A stretch of DNA of 64,000 nt, taken from contig CAYJKV010000005.1 of the NCBI GenBank assembly GCA_964371255.1, forward strand, positions 13,816-77,815, read 5' to 3'. Origin of the DNA: an uncultured Candidatus Saccharibacteria bacterium (GTDB taxonomy: Bacteria > Patescibacteriota > Andersenbacteria > UBA10190). Position numbers and translations under genes: made by a program. Positions 37,194-48,297 of the stretch are shown here, in pieces. The notes below the pieces were generated by a model, which had not been told where the DNA came from, searched no databases, and saw nothing but the letters and a program-made list of their open reading frames with translations. How positions within the stretch are numbered: the first letter of the stretch is position 1; each line of letters opens with the position of its first letter.

Positions 37194-37463
37194 ATGAATG
37201 AAGTAGACGAACTTGCCCAAATCACCAAGAAAAGCTTTGACCAAGTAGACAAGCAATTTATTGAAGTCAAGCAAGCCATTAAAGCTATTAGAAAGGAATT
37301 GAAAGTCAATCAAAAAGTTATCATTAACGAATTCAAAGTCTTAGCCGAAAACATTCACCAGGACGTAGCTGGTGCTAATCAAGATAAGATTTCCCTCATT
37401 GAACAAAAACAAGCTGTACTCGATAAGAGACTTACTAGAGTGGAACACAAAGTTGGCGTATAG
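37194..37463 (+). CDS. Small coiled-coil hypothetical protein
   Basis: DELAQITKKSFDQVD...RLTRVEHKVG heptad pattern. Confidence 0.6.
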   Translation: MNEVDELAQITKKSFDQVDKQFIEVKQAIKAIRKELKVNQKVIINEFKVLAENIHQDVAGANQDKISLIEQKQAVLDKRLTRVEHKVGV

Positions 37464-37662
37464 CCAGCTACATTCCGTCCGATATTACTTTCCGTAACCG
37501 ACAATTTTCGAATTGTGGCTTGGAAGAAGAGTGCCCACAACCAGCCGTCAGCATCAGCCATTTGCGGCATTCTTGATGGATTTTGTATAAAAAAACGCCG
37601 TAGGGAACTCGTTATATAAGACAATAATTCACCTACGACGGCTAAAGAAACGCTACCAATGA

Positions 37663-37926
37663 CTAGTCCCAAGACGGATCCGGTCCTGGTCTATCCGGAA
37701 GCTTACGTGGGTTGTTTTGCCACCGAAAAAATCGACCAAAGGAATCTCCCCAGTAAGATGTCATCGGCCGTTTGTCGCTGCCAGGGCACCTTTTGTCTTC
37801 TCGCTTGTGTTCTCCGAAAGCCTCATTGGGTGGAGCCTCAGCCGCCCCTGGCCCAGCGGATAAAGATATGGGACCTCTTCTGTGGGCACTATCACAATCT
37901 TCGCAAACCAACCATTCTACAGCCAT
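37663..37926 (-). CDS. Hypothetical protein, possible zinc finger
   Basis: CEDC...H......C; RBS AAGGAAG; promoter TTGACT-N17-TACTGT at 37985-38013. Confidence 0.45.
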   Translation of the reverse strand: MAVEWLVCEDCDSAHRRGPISLSAGPGAAEAPPNEAFGEHKREDKRCPGSDKRPMTSYWGDSFGRFFRWQNNPRKLPDRPGPDPSWD

Positions 37927-38080
37927 CGATACTTCCTTTCGTGCGGTAACCAAAATATTTATGAACAAACGAACAAAACACTAGACAGTACCGCAAAATA
38001 ATACGGTAGTCAACAATAAATTCATTTAGTTTATTCAGTATATTAGCTCGCTCTTAGTTTCAAATTTTGCATTTCTATCC

Positions 38081-40063
38081 CTACAACAGCGGTGCGATAA
38101 TCAGCGCGACGATCGACATTAACTTGATCAATATGTTTAAGGCGGGACCGCTTGTATCTTTAAATGGATCACCAACCGTATCGCCTACTACCGCTGCCTT
38201 ATGCGTCGCTGATCCTTTGCCGCCGAGAGCTCCGGCTTCAATATATTTCTTGGCATTATCCCAAGCACCGCCTGAATTAGCCATCATTACGGCGAGCAAA
38301 AAACCTGTGACGATGCTGCCTGCCAGCACGCCGCCCAATGCCTCTGCGCCCAACGTAAACCCAATCACGACCGGTACAGCGATGGCTAACAGGCCTGGAA
38401 TTAACATTTCTCTTAAAGCCGCTTTAGTCGAAATATCCACACAGGCTTTATAGTCAGGCTTATTTTCTTTGGTCATGATTCCCGGAATTTCCTTGAACTG
38501 CCGCCTGACTTCTTCCACCATCTTAATTGCGGACTTGCCTACTGCCTGCATCGAAAAAGCGGAGAACAAAAAGGGCAGCATACCGCCGATAAATAATCCC
38601 GACATTACAGTTGGTGACAGCAAGTTTACTACTTCAATTTTAGCGACCGTCACGTAACTGACCATCAAAGCAATGGCTGTTAAGGCAGCTGATCCGATCG
38701 CAAACCCTTTACCAATAGCTGCCGTGGTATTACCCACTGCGTCCAGCGCTTCCGCTCGTTCCCTGGTCTCGGCTCCCATCCCTGCCATCTCAGCAATACC
38801 GGCCGCGTTATCAGCTACCGGACCGTAAGTATCAGAAGCTAATGTCATGCCTAAAGTCGAAAGCATCCCAACTGCCGCTACTGCGATACCATAAATACCA
38901 GCTATCTTGTATGACATTAATATTGCTACTACCACAATCACAACCGGCAACGCTGTTGAGAACATACCCAATGCCAAACCACTGATAATATTAGTAGCCG
39001 GTCCAGTCTGGGCTGCGTCCGCTACCCGGCGGACCGGTGCCCGGTCATGACTGGTGTAATATTCCGTCACTAGCCCGATCAAGACTCCGGCAATTAGACC
39101 AGTCACGACCGCCCAGAACAGAGACAATTCGCCAAACAAATTATCTGTCCACCACCACGCCCCCACAATCAATAAACCGGCCGACGTGAAAACGCCGCGA
39201 TTGAATGCCTGTTGTATTTTTTGCTCATTATTAGTCCGTACGAGTGCAATGCCTATCACACTAGCAATAATGCCTAGTGCCGCCACTCCCAGCGGGTAAA
39301 TCGCCCCCAGTGTTCCGTGTGTCGGCAGCGCCACTAAACCCAAAGCCATAGCGGCAATTAAGGTATCGACATAGCTTTCAAACAAATCGGCTCCCATGCC
39401 GGCCACATCCCCCACGTTATCGCCGACGTTATCGGCGATCACGGCTGGATTTCTGGGATCATCTTCCGGAATTCCTTGTTCTACCTTTCCAACCAAATCA
39501 GCTCCGACATCAGCTGCCTTAGTGTAAATACCTCCCCCGACGCGCGCGAACAAAGCTACCGCTGAAGCGCCAAAACCAAAACCATACACCATATTAGGAT
39601 CCTTAAATATCATCCATAGGATTACAACGCCCAGAAGCCCCAAGCTTACCACCGACAACCCCATGACAGAACCTGACGAAAAAGCGACTTTCAGTCCTTG
39701 TGCCAATCCTTTTTTGGCCGCTTCCGCTGTCCTGACATTGGCTAAAGTCGCCACCCGCATTCCGATATAACCGGTAATAACTGAGAAGATCGAACCCGTA
39801 ATAAAAGAAATTATAATTTGCGGTGCGATCGGTTGTTCTGTAAAAAATCTAGTTACCCACATTAGCAAGGCCACCGCCACTACTACCATTGCTAAAATCC
39901 TGTACTCACGATTTAGAAAAGCCATCGCTCCTTCTCTGATTGCCAGGGCGATACTGCTCGCTTCTTCGCTTTCCACCTTTTGCACCGATATCATCCAGGC
40001 CCGCCAGCCCGCGAAGATCAGTGCCACTATCGCTGCTCCGCCTATCCAAAATTCATATAACAT
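38081..40063 (-). CDS. hppA: Membrane ion-translocating pyrophosphatase (K+-dependent, probably Na+-pumping)
   Basis: [51 protein letters not shown]. Confidence 0.96.
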   Translation of the reverse strand: MLYEFWIGGAAIVALIFAGWRAWMISVQKVESEEASSIALAIREGAMAFLNREYRILAMVVVAVALLMWVTRFFTEQPIAPQIIISFITGSIFSVITGYIGMRVATLANVRTAEAAKKGLAQGLKVAFSSGSVMGLSVVSLGLLGVVILWMIFKDPNMVYGFGFGASAVALFARVGGGIYTKAADVGADLVGKVEQGIPEDDPRNPAVIADNVGDNVGDVAGMGADLFESYVDTLIAAMALGLVALPTHGTLGAIYPLGVAALGIIASVIGIALVRTNNEQKIQQAFNRGVFTSAGLLIVGAWWWTDNLFGELSLFWAVVTGLIAGVLIGLVTEYYTSHDRAPVRRVADAAQTGPATNIISGLALGMFSTALPVVIVVVAILMSYKIAGIYGIAVAAVGMLSTLGMTLASDTYGPVADNAAGIAEMAGMGAETRERAEALDAVGNTTAAIGKGFAIGSAALTAIALMVSYVTVAKIEVVNLLSPTVMSGLFIGGMLPFLFSAFSMQAVGKSAIKMVEEVRRQFKEIPGIMTKENKPDYKACVDISTKAALREMLIPGLLAIAVPVVIGFTLGAEALGGVLAGSIVTGFLLAVMMANSGGAWDNAKKYIEAGALGGKGSATHKAAVVGDTVGDPFKDTSGPALNILIKLMSIVALIIAPLL

Positions 40064-40318
40064 ATGACTCTATACGTTAAGTAATAAATAACAAATTAAT
40101 GTACATGATAATTTCTTTATAGTAAACCAACCACCTTGATTATGGAACGATCATTTATTTATCATATCCAATGATTATCTGCCCTCCGGCTTGCCGTCCA
40201 ATTCCAGAAAAAGGCTCATCCGCACCGTCTGCGTGCAGGGATTTTTCTGCTCACTCTCTATTACGCGGTTTCCTTCTTTATCGGCGCTTTAACCGTCTCA
40301 CCCTTTTCTCTTACCAGC

Positions 40319-41611
40319 CTACGCTTTCTCGTCGGTGGCCTCTGTCACTTCGTCACTAGCCTTTTTCTCAGTCAATACTGCTGGATCAGCCGCCGCCGTT
40401 TCCGTGCCATCGCCTACTGCCGGTTCGTTATCAACTGCCGCGGCTTCCTGCTCTTCCTCCTTCGCCACGTCACCTTTCTCTGTCTGGTCTGCGCTCTCTT
40501 CTTTTTTGTCGCTAGTTGCTCCTTCATCTGCTATTGCTTCCAATTCAACAGGTTCTTCTTCACCGGCCCGCACAATGTCGATTCTCCAGCCGGTTAACTT
40601 AGCGGCCAGTCGTACATTTTGACCTCGCTTACCGATCGCCAAACTCAACTGATGTTCTTCCACGTGTGCCACAGCGCGCTTTTCTTTCTCATAGACATCG
40701 ACTGCTACCACCCGTGCTGGCGACAAGGCGTTAGCAATGTATCGGGCCGGCTCCTCGTCCCATTGAATGATATCAATCTTTTCGCCAGATAATTCCGCAA
40801 TAATGGTTTGGATCCTAGTGCCCCGTTGTCCGATACACGCCCCGACCGGATCAATCCCTTCTTCTTTAGCCCAAACGGACACTTTTGATCGCTCCGATGC
40901 TTCCCGTGCAATTGCCTTAATATCAACGCTGCCGGCGAAAATTTCTGGTACTTCCAATTCAAATAAGCGGCGCAGCATACCGGGATGGCTACGCGATAAA
41001 ACAATTTCCGGTTCGCGGCTGGCGACATCCACCCGCACCACGAATACTCGGATTCTTTGGTTCGGCCGGTATCGTTCCCCTCGGACCTGCTCGTTGGACG
41101 GCAGCACTCCAGTCGTTCGGCCGATATCAACATAGACCGTGTCTCCCTCCACCCGCTGTACGATCCCTGAGATAATTTCGCCTTCCTTATCTTTAAATTC
41201 TTCAAACGTTGCGTCTCTCTCCGCTTCGCGAATTCGTTGAATAATCACTTGCTTGGCCGTCTGGGCCGCGACCCGGCCATAATGCGGATCTTCTGGAGTT
41301 ACATCCTCTACATACTCTTTGCCTGCTTCCGCCTCCTTGTCTTGCTCCTTCGCTTCCGTCAGCGCAATTTGAGCCGCGGCGTTTTCGATCGCGCCGTCTT
41401 CTACTACCGTCATCACTTTATACACCCTAGCCGACCCGTCCACCTCGTTAAACTCAGCCCGGACGTCCTGCCCTTTTTCACCATAATCTTTGCGGTAGGC
41501 CGCCGCTAAAGCCGCTTCAATTGTTTCTAATACTTTCTCTCGGCTAATACCCTTTTCTGCCACCAGCTGATCAATCGCCGAGCCAAAACTTACATTTTGT
41601 TCATCACTCAT
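40319..41611 (-). CDS. nusA: Transcription factor NusA with acidic tail
   Basis: GRVAAQTAKQVIIQ, S1 and KH domains, AIGKRGQNVRLA. Confidence 0.97.
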   Translation of the reverse strand: MSDEQNVSFGSAIDQLVAEKGISREKVLETIEAALAAAYRKDYGEKGQDVRAEFNEVDGSARVYKVMTVVEDGAIENAAAQIALTEAKEQDKEAEAGKEYVEDVTPEDPHYGRVAAQTAKQVIIQRIREAERDATFEEFKDKEGEIISGIVQRVEGDTVYVDIGRTTGVLPSNEQVRGERYRPNQRIRVFVVRVDVASREPEIVLSRSHPGMLRRLFELEVPEIFAGSVDIKAIAREASERSKVSVWAKEEGIDPVGACIGQRGTRIQTIIAELSGEKIDIIQWDEEPARYIANALSPARVVAVDVYEKEKRAVAHVEEHQLSLAIGKRGQNVRLAAKLTGWRIDIVRAGEEEPVELEAIADEGATSDKKEESADQTEKGDVAKEEEQEAAAVDNEPAVGDGTETAAADPAVLTEKKASDEVTEATDEKA

Positions 41612-41651
41612 AACTCATTTATTTAATTGTTATTAAATTTTATCATCCGTT

Positions 41652-41719
41652 AAAAAACCGCGGGACTCACCGCGGTATCTGATGCCACCATAATACAAAA
41701 AAAAGACCCTCACTGTCAA
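41652..41719 (-). promoter_or_regulatory. nusA promoter plus leader attenuator hairpin (rimP-leader-like)
   Basis: TTGACA-N18-TATTAT then ACCGCGG-TGAGTC-CCGCGGT-TTTTT upstream of the nusA ATG. Confidence 0.65.
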
Positions 41720-41831
41720 CTTTATCTATTACGCCTCCCCATCTCAATTTAAGAATCATTTACCGCAAATGTGCAGCTGTCTTGGTCCAAATAACAACAA
41801 TTATGCGCACTAGGTGCGTCATACCTTTTAT

Positions 41832-42221
41832 TTATGTGCCAAAAGCATCTTTAATATGCTCAATTTGCCACTTTTTATGCCCTTCGGGAATGACCGCCAC
41901 CACATCAAAACGCACATCACCCCACCAACCACTCTGCTGCAAATAAAACTTCGTCGCTTTAATTATCTTCACTTGTTTTTTATGATTAACCGTCTCAGTC
42001 GCTAATCCATACTCCGCTGATGCGCGCATGCGTACCTCCACTACTACCAGCGTTTCTCCGTCTTTCATGACTAAATCTAGTTCACCCCATCGGCAACCAA
42101 AATTTCGCGCCACAAATTTCATCCCCTGTGTTTGTAAATATAACCGCGCCTCTTCTTCACCCACACTCCCAGCTTTTTTTGGTTGTTGGCGTTCTTTTTT
42201 CTTTATTGGAAAAAACTTCAT
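41832..42221 (-). CDS. YraN-family (UPF0102) nuclease-like protein
   Basis: G..GEE.A..YL, RNF....GELDLV, VVEVR.R, RFDVV; ATGA overlap with the ATPase stop. Confidence 0.9.
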   Translation of the reverse strand: MKFFPIKKKERQQPKKAGSVGEEEARLYLQTQGMKFVARNFGCRWGELDLVMKDGETLVVVEVRMRASAEYGLATETVNHKKQVKIIKATKFYLQQSGWWGDVRFDVVAVIPEGHKKWQIEHIKDAFGT

Positions 42222-44944
42222 TCTGCGGCCAGTCCTTCTTCCCATTTCTTCATCGGCGGACTGACTGCATCATCCACCCTGATGGCACTGCCTGCTAGCG
42301 GCCGCCATCCGTCGGAGACTGGCCATACAATTTTTCTTAGGTCAATCAGCACCACCGTGGTCAACGCCAGCCCGATAATGATATACCAGTCGCGTAATGA
42401 CAGTGGCACAGTATCAAAGATAAGTTGCATCTTTGGCACGTAAATCGCCAGTAAATGCAAGCTGGCTGATACCGCCATGGAGATTAATACCCATTTATTT
42501 CCCCATATTCCTCGTTTCCAGATAGACTCTTTTAGCGACCGAAAGCTCCACACCGACAACAAGGACACAAACGAAATAAATGTGAAGGACATGGTTCGGA
42601 CATATATCAAATTCTGTGAGATATCTCGGAGCAAGTAAACGTACAAACCCATCGTCATAGCCGTGACGACTGCTCCTGGCACCGCAATATGATAAAGCAT
42701 CTCGCGGTTAAGCAAAGCGGCATCAGGTTCTGTTGGTTTGCGTTTCATGACATCACGCTCCTTAGGTTCCAGCGACAAAGCAATGTCTGCCGTACCATCA
42801 GTCACCAGGTTCACCCACAATATCTGAGCCGGTAAAAGAGGCAATGGCATGCCCAACATCAAACTGACAAAAAAGATCGCTACCTCCGCGGCGTTCGTGG
42901 CCAGCAAAAAAGCCAAAACCTTCTTGATGTTGTCCCGCAGTATTCGTCCCTCTTTGATCGCTTCCACAATGGTCTCAAACCGATCGTCCAGTAGCACCAG
43001 ATCAGATGCTTCCTTGGCAATATCTTTACCGCTTCCCATTGCCACGCCGATATCAGCGCTCTTTAATGCGACCGCGTCATTGACCCCGTCACCTGTCATC
43101 GCCACCACATGCCCTTGTCGTTGTAAGGCCTTTATCACCCGCTGTTTATCGATAGGCGTAGCCCGGGCGATCACCGTCGTATTGTTAAGCACATCCATTA
43201 ATTCGTTGTCCGTCATTTTTTGTACATCGTCGCTTGTCAGCAGCGTGTCATCCGTCTCCATAATGCCTACTTCCCTCGCTACGGATTTCGCCGTTTCAAA
43301 ATGGTCTCCAGTAATTAAAATAACTTTGATCCCCGCTCTTCGGGCTTGCTGAATAACGGCCCCAACGCCTTCACGGGCGTCGTCATTAATAACTAATACT
43401 CCTAAAAACAAAAGTTCATTAATATCATCGTGATCGATATCTGTCTCCAGTACATTTCTCTTCACCCCGATGCCTAGCAGTCTCTTGCCTGTCGCTGCCA
43501 TATTCTCTACCTCCTGCTGAATCTCAAATCTGTCTTTATCTCGTATCTCCGTCACTTCACCGCTCGGCGCGATCCATGTGTTAGCCCTGGCCAAGATCGT
43601 TTCTGGCGCGCCGTTAACAAATAAATAACGCACTGGTTGACTGGGATGATCATTTAAAGTGGCGCGATATTTCCATTGCCTGTTAAAACTAATTTCATCT
43701 CTCTGCCGCCACAGTTTGCGGGCATCCTCCTGTTTTACTCCGCCTTTTTCTGCAAACTCTAACGCTGCCCTTTCCGTTGCTGATCCGATATACCTGATTA
43801 TTTTATCGTCCAAAGCCGCGCGATGGGCATCACTGGCCAGCGTTAAGCTGATCAATGCCAGATGATACCACGGATTATTGTCCTTTGTATCACTAATTAC
43901 CGCGTTGCCGTTCAATAACGCTATCTTAGAGGCCGTCATATTCCCATGAGTAATAGTGCCTGTCTTGTCGGTGCAAATTACCGTGGCTGATCCTAGGGTT
44001 TCTGCCGCGCTAAGCTCACGCACAACTCCTTGGTGGCGTAAAATTTTTGTGACTCCGACCGTTAACGCGATTGTTAAAATCATTGTCAGGTCCTCTGGTA
44101 CGGCACTAACTATTAATGTAATCGCCGTTACTATGGTCTCGAGCCAACCTTGCCCGGCCGCCACCCCAGCCACCATTAACACTGCGATCGCTGCTATTAC
44201 ACTCACACCGATCTGTATCCCGGTGCGGTTCAGTTGTCTGCTCAATAAGGATTTAGGCGACTTGCTGACTTTTAATACCTGGGCAATCTTACCAATTTCT
44301 GTCACTACTCCAGTGGCCGTTACAATCGCCAAGCCCGACCCGTCAGTCACTAATGTCCCCATATATAACATATTTTTTCGGTTGCTCACCGGCGTTCGTT
44401 TTTTTAGCACCAAAGCGTCTTTCTCGTTATCGTCTGATTCACCTGTCAAAGAAGCTTCCTGTGCTTTCAAGCCTCGAGTTTCAAATATCCTGGCATCAGC
44501 CGGCACTCGTTCCCCGGCTCGGACCTCAATTATATCTCCCGGTACCAATTTAGCGGCATCAATTTTTTTTATACTGCCTTCCCGTAAGACTATGGCTGTT
44601 GGCTGCAGCTGTTCTCGTAATTTTCTTAATGTATTCTCGGTTCGTAAAACCTGTGTGAAACTAAGTGTGGCATCAATCAAAATTACTATTCCGATTAACA
44701 GCGCGTCGCCATATCGGCCCAACACTAATGATGCAGCTGTACCTAACACCAACACCACTACCAACAAATCCCTGAATCTATCCAAAAATAACCAGACGTA
44801 AGATCGCTTGTTATCTGATGGTATGAAATTTTCACCGTATTTCTCCTGCCTCTTTTTCACTTCCTGCGTCGACAAGCCGCGGCTTTTCTCCACCATCAAC
44901 TCGCGTTCAATCTCGTACACTTGTTTTAAATGCCACTCATTCAT
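42218..44944 (-). CDS. P-type ATPase, type IIA (Ca2+-like)
   Basis: LTGES, DKTGT, ITGD, MTGDGVNDA, QILWVNLVTDG. Confidence 0.95.
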   Translation of the reverse strand: MNEWHLKQVYEIERELMVEKSRGLSTQEVKKRQEKYGENFIPSDNKRSYVWLFLDRFRDLLVVVLVLGTAASLVLGRYGDALLIGIVILIDATLSFTQVLRTENTLRKLREQLQPTAIVLREGSIKKIDAAKLVPGDIIEVRAGERVPADARIFETRGLKAQEASLTGESDDNEKDALVLKKRTPVSNRKNMLYMGTLVTDGSGLAIVTATGVVTEIGKIAQVLKVSKSPKSLLSRQLNRTGIQIGVSVIAAIAVLMVAGVAAGQGWLETIVTAITLIVSAVPEDLTMILTIALTVGVTKILRHQGVVRELSAAETLGSATVICTDKTGTITHGNMTASKIALLNGNAVISDTKDNNPWYHLALISLTLASDAHRAALDDKIIRYIGSATERAALEFAEKGGVKQEDARKLWRQRDEISFNRQWKYRATLNDHPSQPVRYLFVNGAPETILARANTWIAPSGEVTEIRDKDRFEIQQEVENMAATGKRLLGIGVKRNVLETDIDHDDINELLFLGVLVINDDAREGVGAVIQQARRAGIKVILITGDHFETAKSVAREVGIMETDDTLLTSDDVQKMTDNELMDVLNNTTVIARATPIDKQRVIKALQRQGHVVAMTGDGVNDAVALKSADIGVAMGSGKDIAKEASDLVLLDDRFETIVEAIKEGRILRDNIKKVLAFLLATNAAEVAIFFVSLMLGMPLPLLPAQILWVNLVTDGTADIALSLEPKERDVMKRKPTEPDAALLNREMLYHIAVPGAVVTAMTMGLYVYLLRDISQNLIYVRTMSFTFISFVSLLSVWSFRSLKESIWKRGIWGNKWVLISMAVSASLHLLAIYVPKMQLIFDTVPLSLRDWYIIIGLALTTVVLIDLRKIVWPVSDGWRPLAGSAIRVDDAVSPPMKKWEEGLAAE

Positions 44945-44953
44945 ATATATCCA

Positions 44954-45964
44954 TTATACATATTTTAACCGATATGTTCCGCTTACCTTGATTATGCTTA
45001 CCGCTATTATTAGGTACACAAGGGCTGCCAGCTTTGTGATGAAAAAATGATCAAGCAGAATAACTGGCACTAAAGCAGCCAATATTGTCATTGACGTTCT
45101 GCCTAAAGTCATCAGCATCCACAGTAAAATTCCAATAATTATCAAACTTCCGCTAATCGCTCCAATCTGCGATAAAATCATTAATGGAACTGAGTGTGCG
45201 TAATCAATCTCCCAGGGCTGATATGAAATATGTTCTGCATCCAAATAACTTCTCAGTTCCATTTTGTAGTTACGTACACCAAGGCCAGTCCAATCATTGT
45301 GTAATTTTATAATTTGTACACTCCACTCATATCCTCTTAATCTCTCCGGTTTAGCCAAATCGCGACTATCATTCAATCGTTGTGACAACAGGGGCCATAG
45401 AACGATCATGAATAAAACAATTATGTTTATTGATAAATAACGACGGTTGCTATTGTCCATCGCAAAAATACCTGATGCTAATAATATCCATCCCAATATT
45501 GCTGCGCGCGAAAAAGCCATACACAAACCAAAACCTAAAGTAAATACAATGATAACGAAAATTATCTTCGCGCCTCTTTCGCCCCAAAGGCGCTCTGTCA
45601 TAATTAATGCTAATAAACACAGGCCCCCTAAAATATTAGCGTGTTCAAATGGTCCATAGCCCCGCACAATTCCATTCCCGAATTTTGCCACGCCGCTCAT
45701 TGAACTGTTAATTACGGATTCCCCAATTAGCCTCAATCCCAAATCATGCTGCAATACAAATTGGGCTACACCCCATTGGGCAAAAATGCATATTATTAAT
45801 ATCATGATCCACCCCAAAACAATCTTCTCTTTCTTGTCCACGAAAGCGACGCTTGCCAGCACTGCGATGACTAATATCAATTTAGCCGCATAATTATCAA
45901 CAAATCCCAAACCAAACATTGCTAAGCCTCCAGTAATAACTAACCACATGTGTTGATAGCTCAT
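44954..45964 (-). CDS. O-antigen ligase-like membrane protein
   Basis: RGYGPFEHANILG, FSRAA, GLG..NY and AHSVPL motifs. Confidence 0.8.
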   Translation of the reverse strand: MSYQHMWLVITGGLAMFGLGFVDNYAAKLILVIAVLASVAFVDKKEKIVLGWIMILIICIFAQWGVAQFVLQHDLGLRLIGESVINSSMSGVAKFGNGIVRGYGPFEHANILGGLCLLALIMTERLWGERGAKIIFVIIVFTLGFGLCMAFSRAAILGWILLASGIFAMDNSNRRYLSINIIVLFMIVLWPLLSQRLNDSRDLAKPERLRGYEWSVQIIKLHNDWTGLGVRNYKMELRSYLDAEHISYQPWEIDYAHSVPLMILSQIGAISGSLIIIGILLWMLMTLGRTSMTILAALVPVILLDHFFITKLAALVYLIIAVSIIKVSGTYRLKYV

Positions 45965-46031
45965 ATAAACTCCTAATGATTATTGTTGTTTAATTTTACT
46001 GTTTTGTATAATGTGCCTATAATACTGTTTC

Positions 46032-46105
46032 GGGCCCATAGCTCAGTTGGCTAGAGCGTTCGCATGGCATGCGAAAGGTCGGGAGTTCGAGTCTCCCTGG
46101 GTCCA
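46032..46105 (+). tRNA. tRNA-Ala(GGC)
   Basis: GGGCCCATAGCTCAGTTGG...TTCGC-ATGGCAT-GCGAA...GTTCGAGTCTCCCTGGGTCCA. Confidence 0.95.
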
Positions 46106-46269
46106 CGATTCAACAGAGTGCCTCATGGCACCCCACATGCCTGGTCCGCTCGCCCTATTTGTTACACACTCCACCGCGACCTTGCTTAGTAGTCAGAACT
46201 TTCCATATCAATTTATATAGATTAATCGTTGATGAGATTGTATATACGGTGTAAAATCTGAAATGACTT

Positions 46270-46341
46270 GGGCCAGTAGCTCAGTGGTAGAGCGCTACAT
46301 TCGCATTGTAGAAGTCAGGGGTTCGAGTCCCCTCTGGTCCA
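46270..46341 (+). tRNA. tRNA-Ala(CGC)
   Basis: GGGCCAGTAGCTCAGTGG...CTACA-TTCGCAT-TGTAG...GGTTCGAGTCCCCTCTGGTCCA. Confidence 0.95.
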
Positions 46342-46397
46342 CAGTTAGATTCAGTACTCTTACCAATCTCATAGTCAATCAATTTTGGAGCGTCGCT

Positions 46398-46604
46398 ATG
46401 GCTAAAGAATCGGTTCCATCATACAAAACCGCAGACGAACTGATGCAGGGCGCAGAGAAATCAACTCTGTTACAAGATGTACGCAAACAGATTGCAGAAG
46501 AAAGTGCATTAGATCTGAGCGATTCAGACGTAGTTTATGAGTTGGAAGGTTGGAGTTTGATCGCCAATAAAATTGTCGGGCATGAAGATGAACCAACGCT
46601 ATAG
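46398..46604 (+). CDS. Small acidic hypothetical protein
   Basis: GGAG RBS before ATG; 68 aa. Confidence 0.5.
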   Translation: MAKESVPSYKTADELMQGAEKSTLLQDVRKQIAEESALDLSDSDVVYELEGWSLIANKIVGHEDEPTL

Positions 46605-46784
46605 CCAGCTGTCTCAGACCTCAGGCATGTCTATGCACGATCCACTTTCAAAATTCTTCAATACCTTATCGCTCAACAGTGTTGAAACTTGAGGGCTATG
46701 GGGTTTTTTTTGGATCAGTAATATATCTGTACGATCAAAACCATTATTGTGTCATAATTAACTTACTGCTATTTTATTTCCAAT

Positions 46785-46856
46785 CGGGGATTAGCGCAGT
46801 GGTAGCGCGCAGCGTTCGGGACGCTGAGGCCGCGAGTTCGAATCTCGCATCCCCGA
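46785..46856 (+). tRNA. tRNA-Pro(CGG)
   Basis: CGGGGATTAGCGCAGTGG...CAGCG-TTCGGGA-CGCTG...GTTCGAATCTCGCATCCCCGA. Confidence 0.95.
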
Positions 46857-47036
46857 CAAATCTCAACATGTTTTATTGGGTGTCAAACCAAAAATAAACT
46901 TTTCATTGGTGAAATCGTATAGTCGATCAGCCCAGTATCATTGATTACAGGTACGCCAAACCACAAAATAATATCCTGATTCCAACCCATGGAGTCAAGA
47001 TTATAATAAGTCGTATGACGTAGAACGACCGGCCGA

Positions 47037-48113
47037 TTATTTTAAAGTCAATCCTAATCGATGCTCTTTTGGCTGAAGAGAAATAATTTTGAATTTAATT
47101 TTCTTGCCAACCTCTAAGACACTAGTTGGGTCAGTCGCAAATTCGGGGGGTAACTCTGATACATGGACCAGTCCATGAATGTCGTTATCAAGTTTAATAA
47201 AACCTCCAAACGGTGTTACCTTAATAACTTCACCTTTAACTTCGTCACCTACTTTATATCTATCCTCAACCTTGCTCCACGGATCATCCTGTAATTGCTT
47301 GATCGATAGCGAAATTCGTAATCCATCAACACCAATAACTCGAGCCTTAATCATTTCACCTACACTCACAATATCACCGGGATTATCAATGCGTTGCCAG
47401 GCTAATTCTGAGATATGTACTAGCCCCTCCAATTCGCTATCACCTTTGTTGAACTTAATAAATATTCCAAATTCAACTATGCCGCTTACCATACCTTCAA
47501 CAATGTCCCCCTCATTAATATCTTTCAATATATGACTCATCTCATCACCAATCGCTGCTTTTTCTGATACTATTAATTTTTCTGAATCACGTTCTGCGCC
47601 AATAATTTTCACTTTAAACTTTTCTCCAACGTAGCTTTTCAATCGTTCGAGAATTTTATTTTTATCCCCGCCTTCCACGCGAGGATAATGATCAGGCGCC
47701 AATTGTGAAACAGGTAGGAAACCTGTGACACCCTGAATCCTAACAATTAACCCTCCCTTATTGGCGTCCAAAATTTCAACCTCTAATATATTGCCAGATT
47801 CCAGCACAGATTTAATCTCGCTCCAGCTCTGCTCAATAGAGATAGACCGCAGCGACAACTCTATCAGTTCATCCTCATTATCAATACTTTGTACCGTTGC
47901 GTTCAGTTGATCACCAAGTTTGGTCTCGCGGAACTTTTCACTGTCTTCCAGCAGCTCACGGCCATAAATAACACCCACACCAAGGTGCCCCAAATCGAGA
48001 TATAAGGCATTACGTGCCTTATCGATTACCTGCCCAGTCACAATTTCCCCGACTTTTGGGACGTTGAGCATGTCTTCTCGTTGTTCTACGATTGATTTCA
48101 TTGCCTCACTCAT
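47037..48113 (-). CDS. rpsA: 30S ribosomal protein S1 (four S1 domains)
   Basis: NKGGL, GFLPVSQL, EGLVHISELAW, SLSIKQL..DPW. Confidence 0.92.
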   Translation of the reverse strand: MSEAMKSIVEQREDMLNVPKVGEIVTGQVIDKARNALYLDLGHLGVGVIYGRELLEDSEKFRETKLGDQLNATVQSIDNEDELIELSLRSISIEQSWSEIKSVLESGNILEVEILDANKGGLIVRIQGVTGFLPVSQLAPDHYPRVEGGDKNKILERLKSYVGEKFKVKIIGAERDSEKLIVSEKAAIGDEMSHILKDINEGDIVEGMVSGIVEFGIFIKFNKGDSELEGLVHISELAWQRIDNPGDIVSVGEMIKARVIGVDGLRISLSIKQLQDDPWSKVEDRYKVGDEVKGEVIKVTPFGGFIKLDNDIHGLVHVSELPPEFATDPTSVLEVGKKIKFKIISLQPKEHRLGLTLK

Positions 48114-48297
48114 AGCGCATATAATGCCATATCCATTCCATTGGTGCAAATTTATTTTTCTCATTCTTAAAATTCATAGTAAGGCACAAACAGTCACCTT
48201 AAATTCCTTCATTATCAAGCAGTGACTAAACAAATATTTCCTAGTTTTACGACAAAAAAGATTGGATTAGTTATGAATTTTCATGTAGTATTTTTCC

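Noticed and set aside
42849-44801. Long antisense ORFs (42849-43352, 43956-44801; similarly 91-633, 20618-21220, 31739-32290, 36547-37113)
   Set aside because: Shadow ORFs opposite well-supported genes
46069-46897. ORFs 46069-46254, the 5' part of 46263-46604, and 46679-46897
   Set aside because: They are translations of tRNA genes
48114-48297. Switch in gene orientation as a possible oriC
   Set aside because: The plus strand looks C-rich on both sides by eye, with no dnaA or DnaA-box cluster; treated as a divergent promoter region
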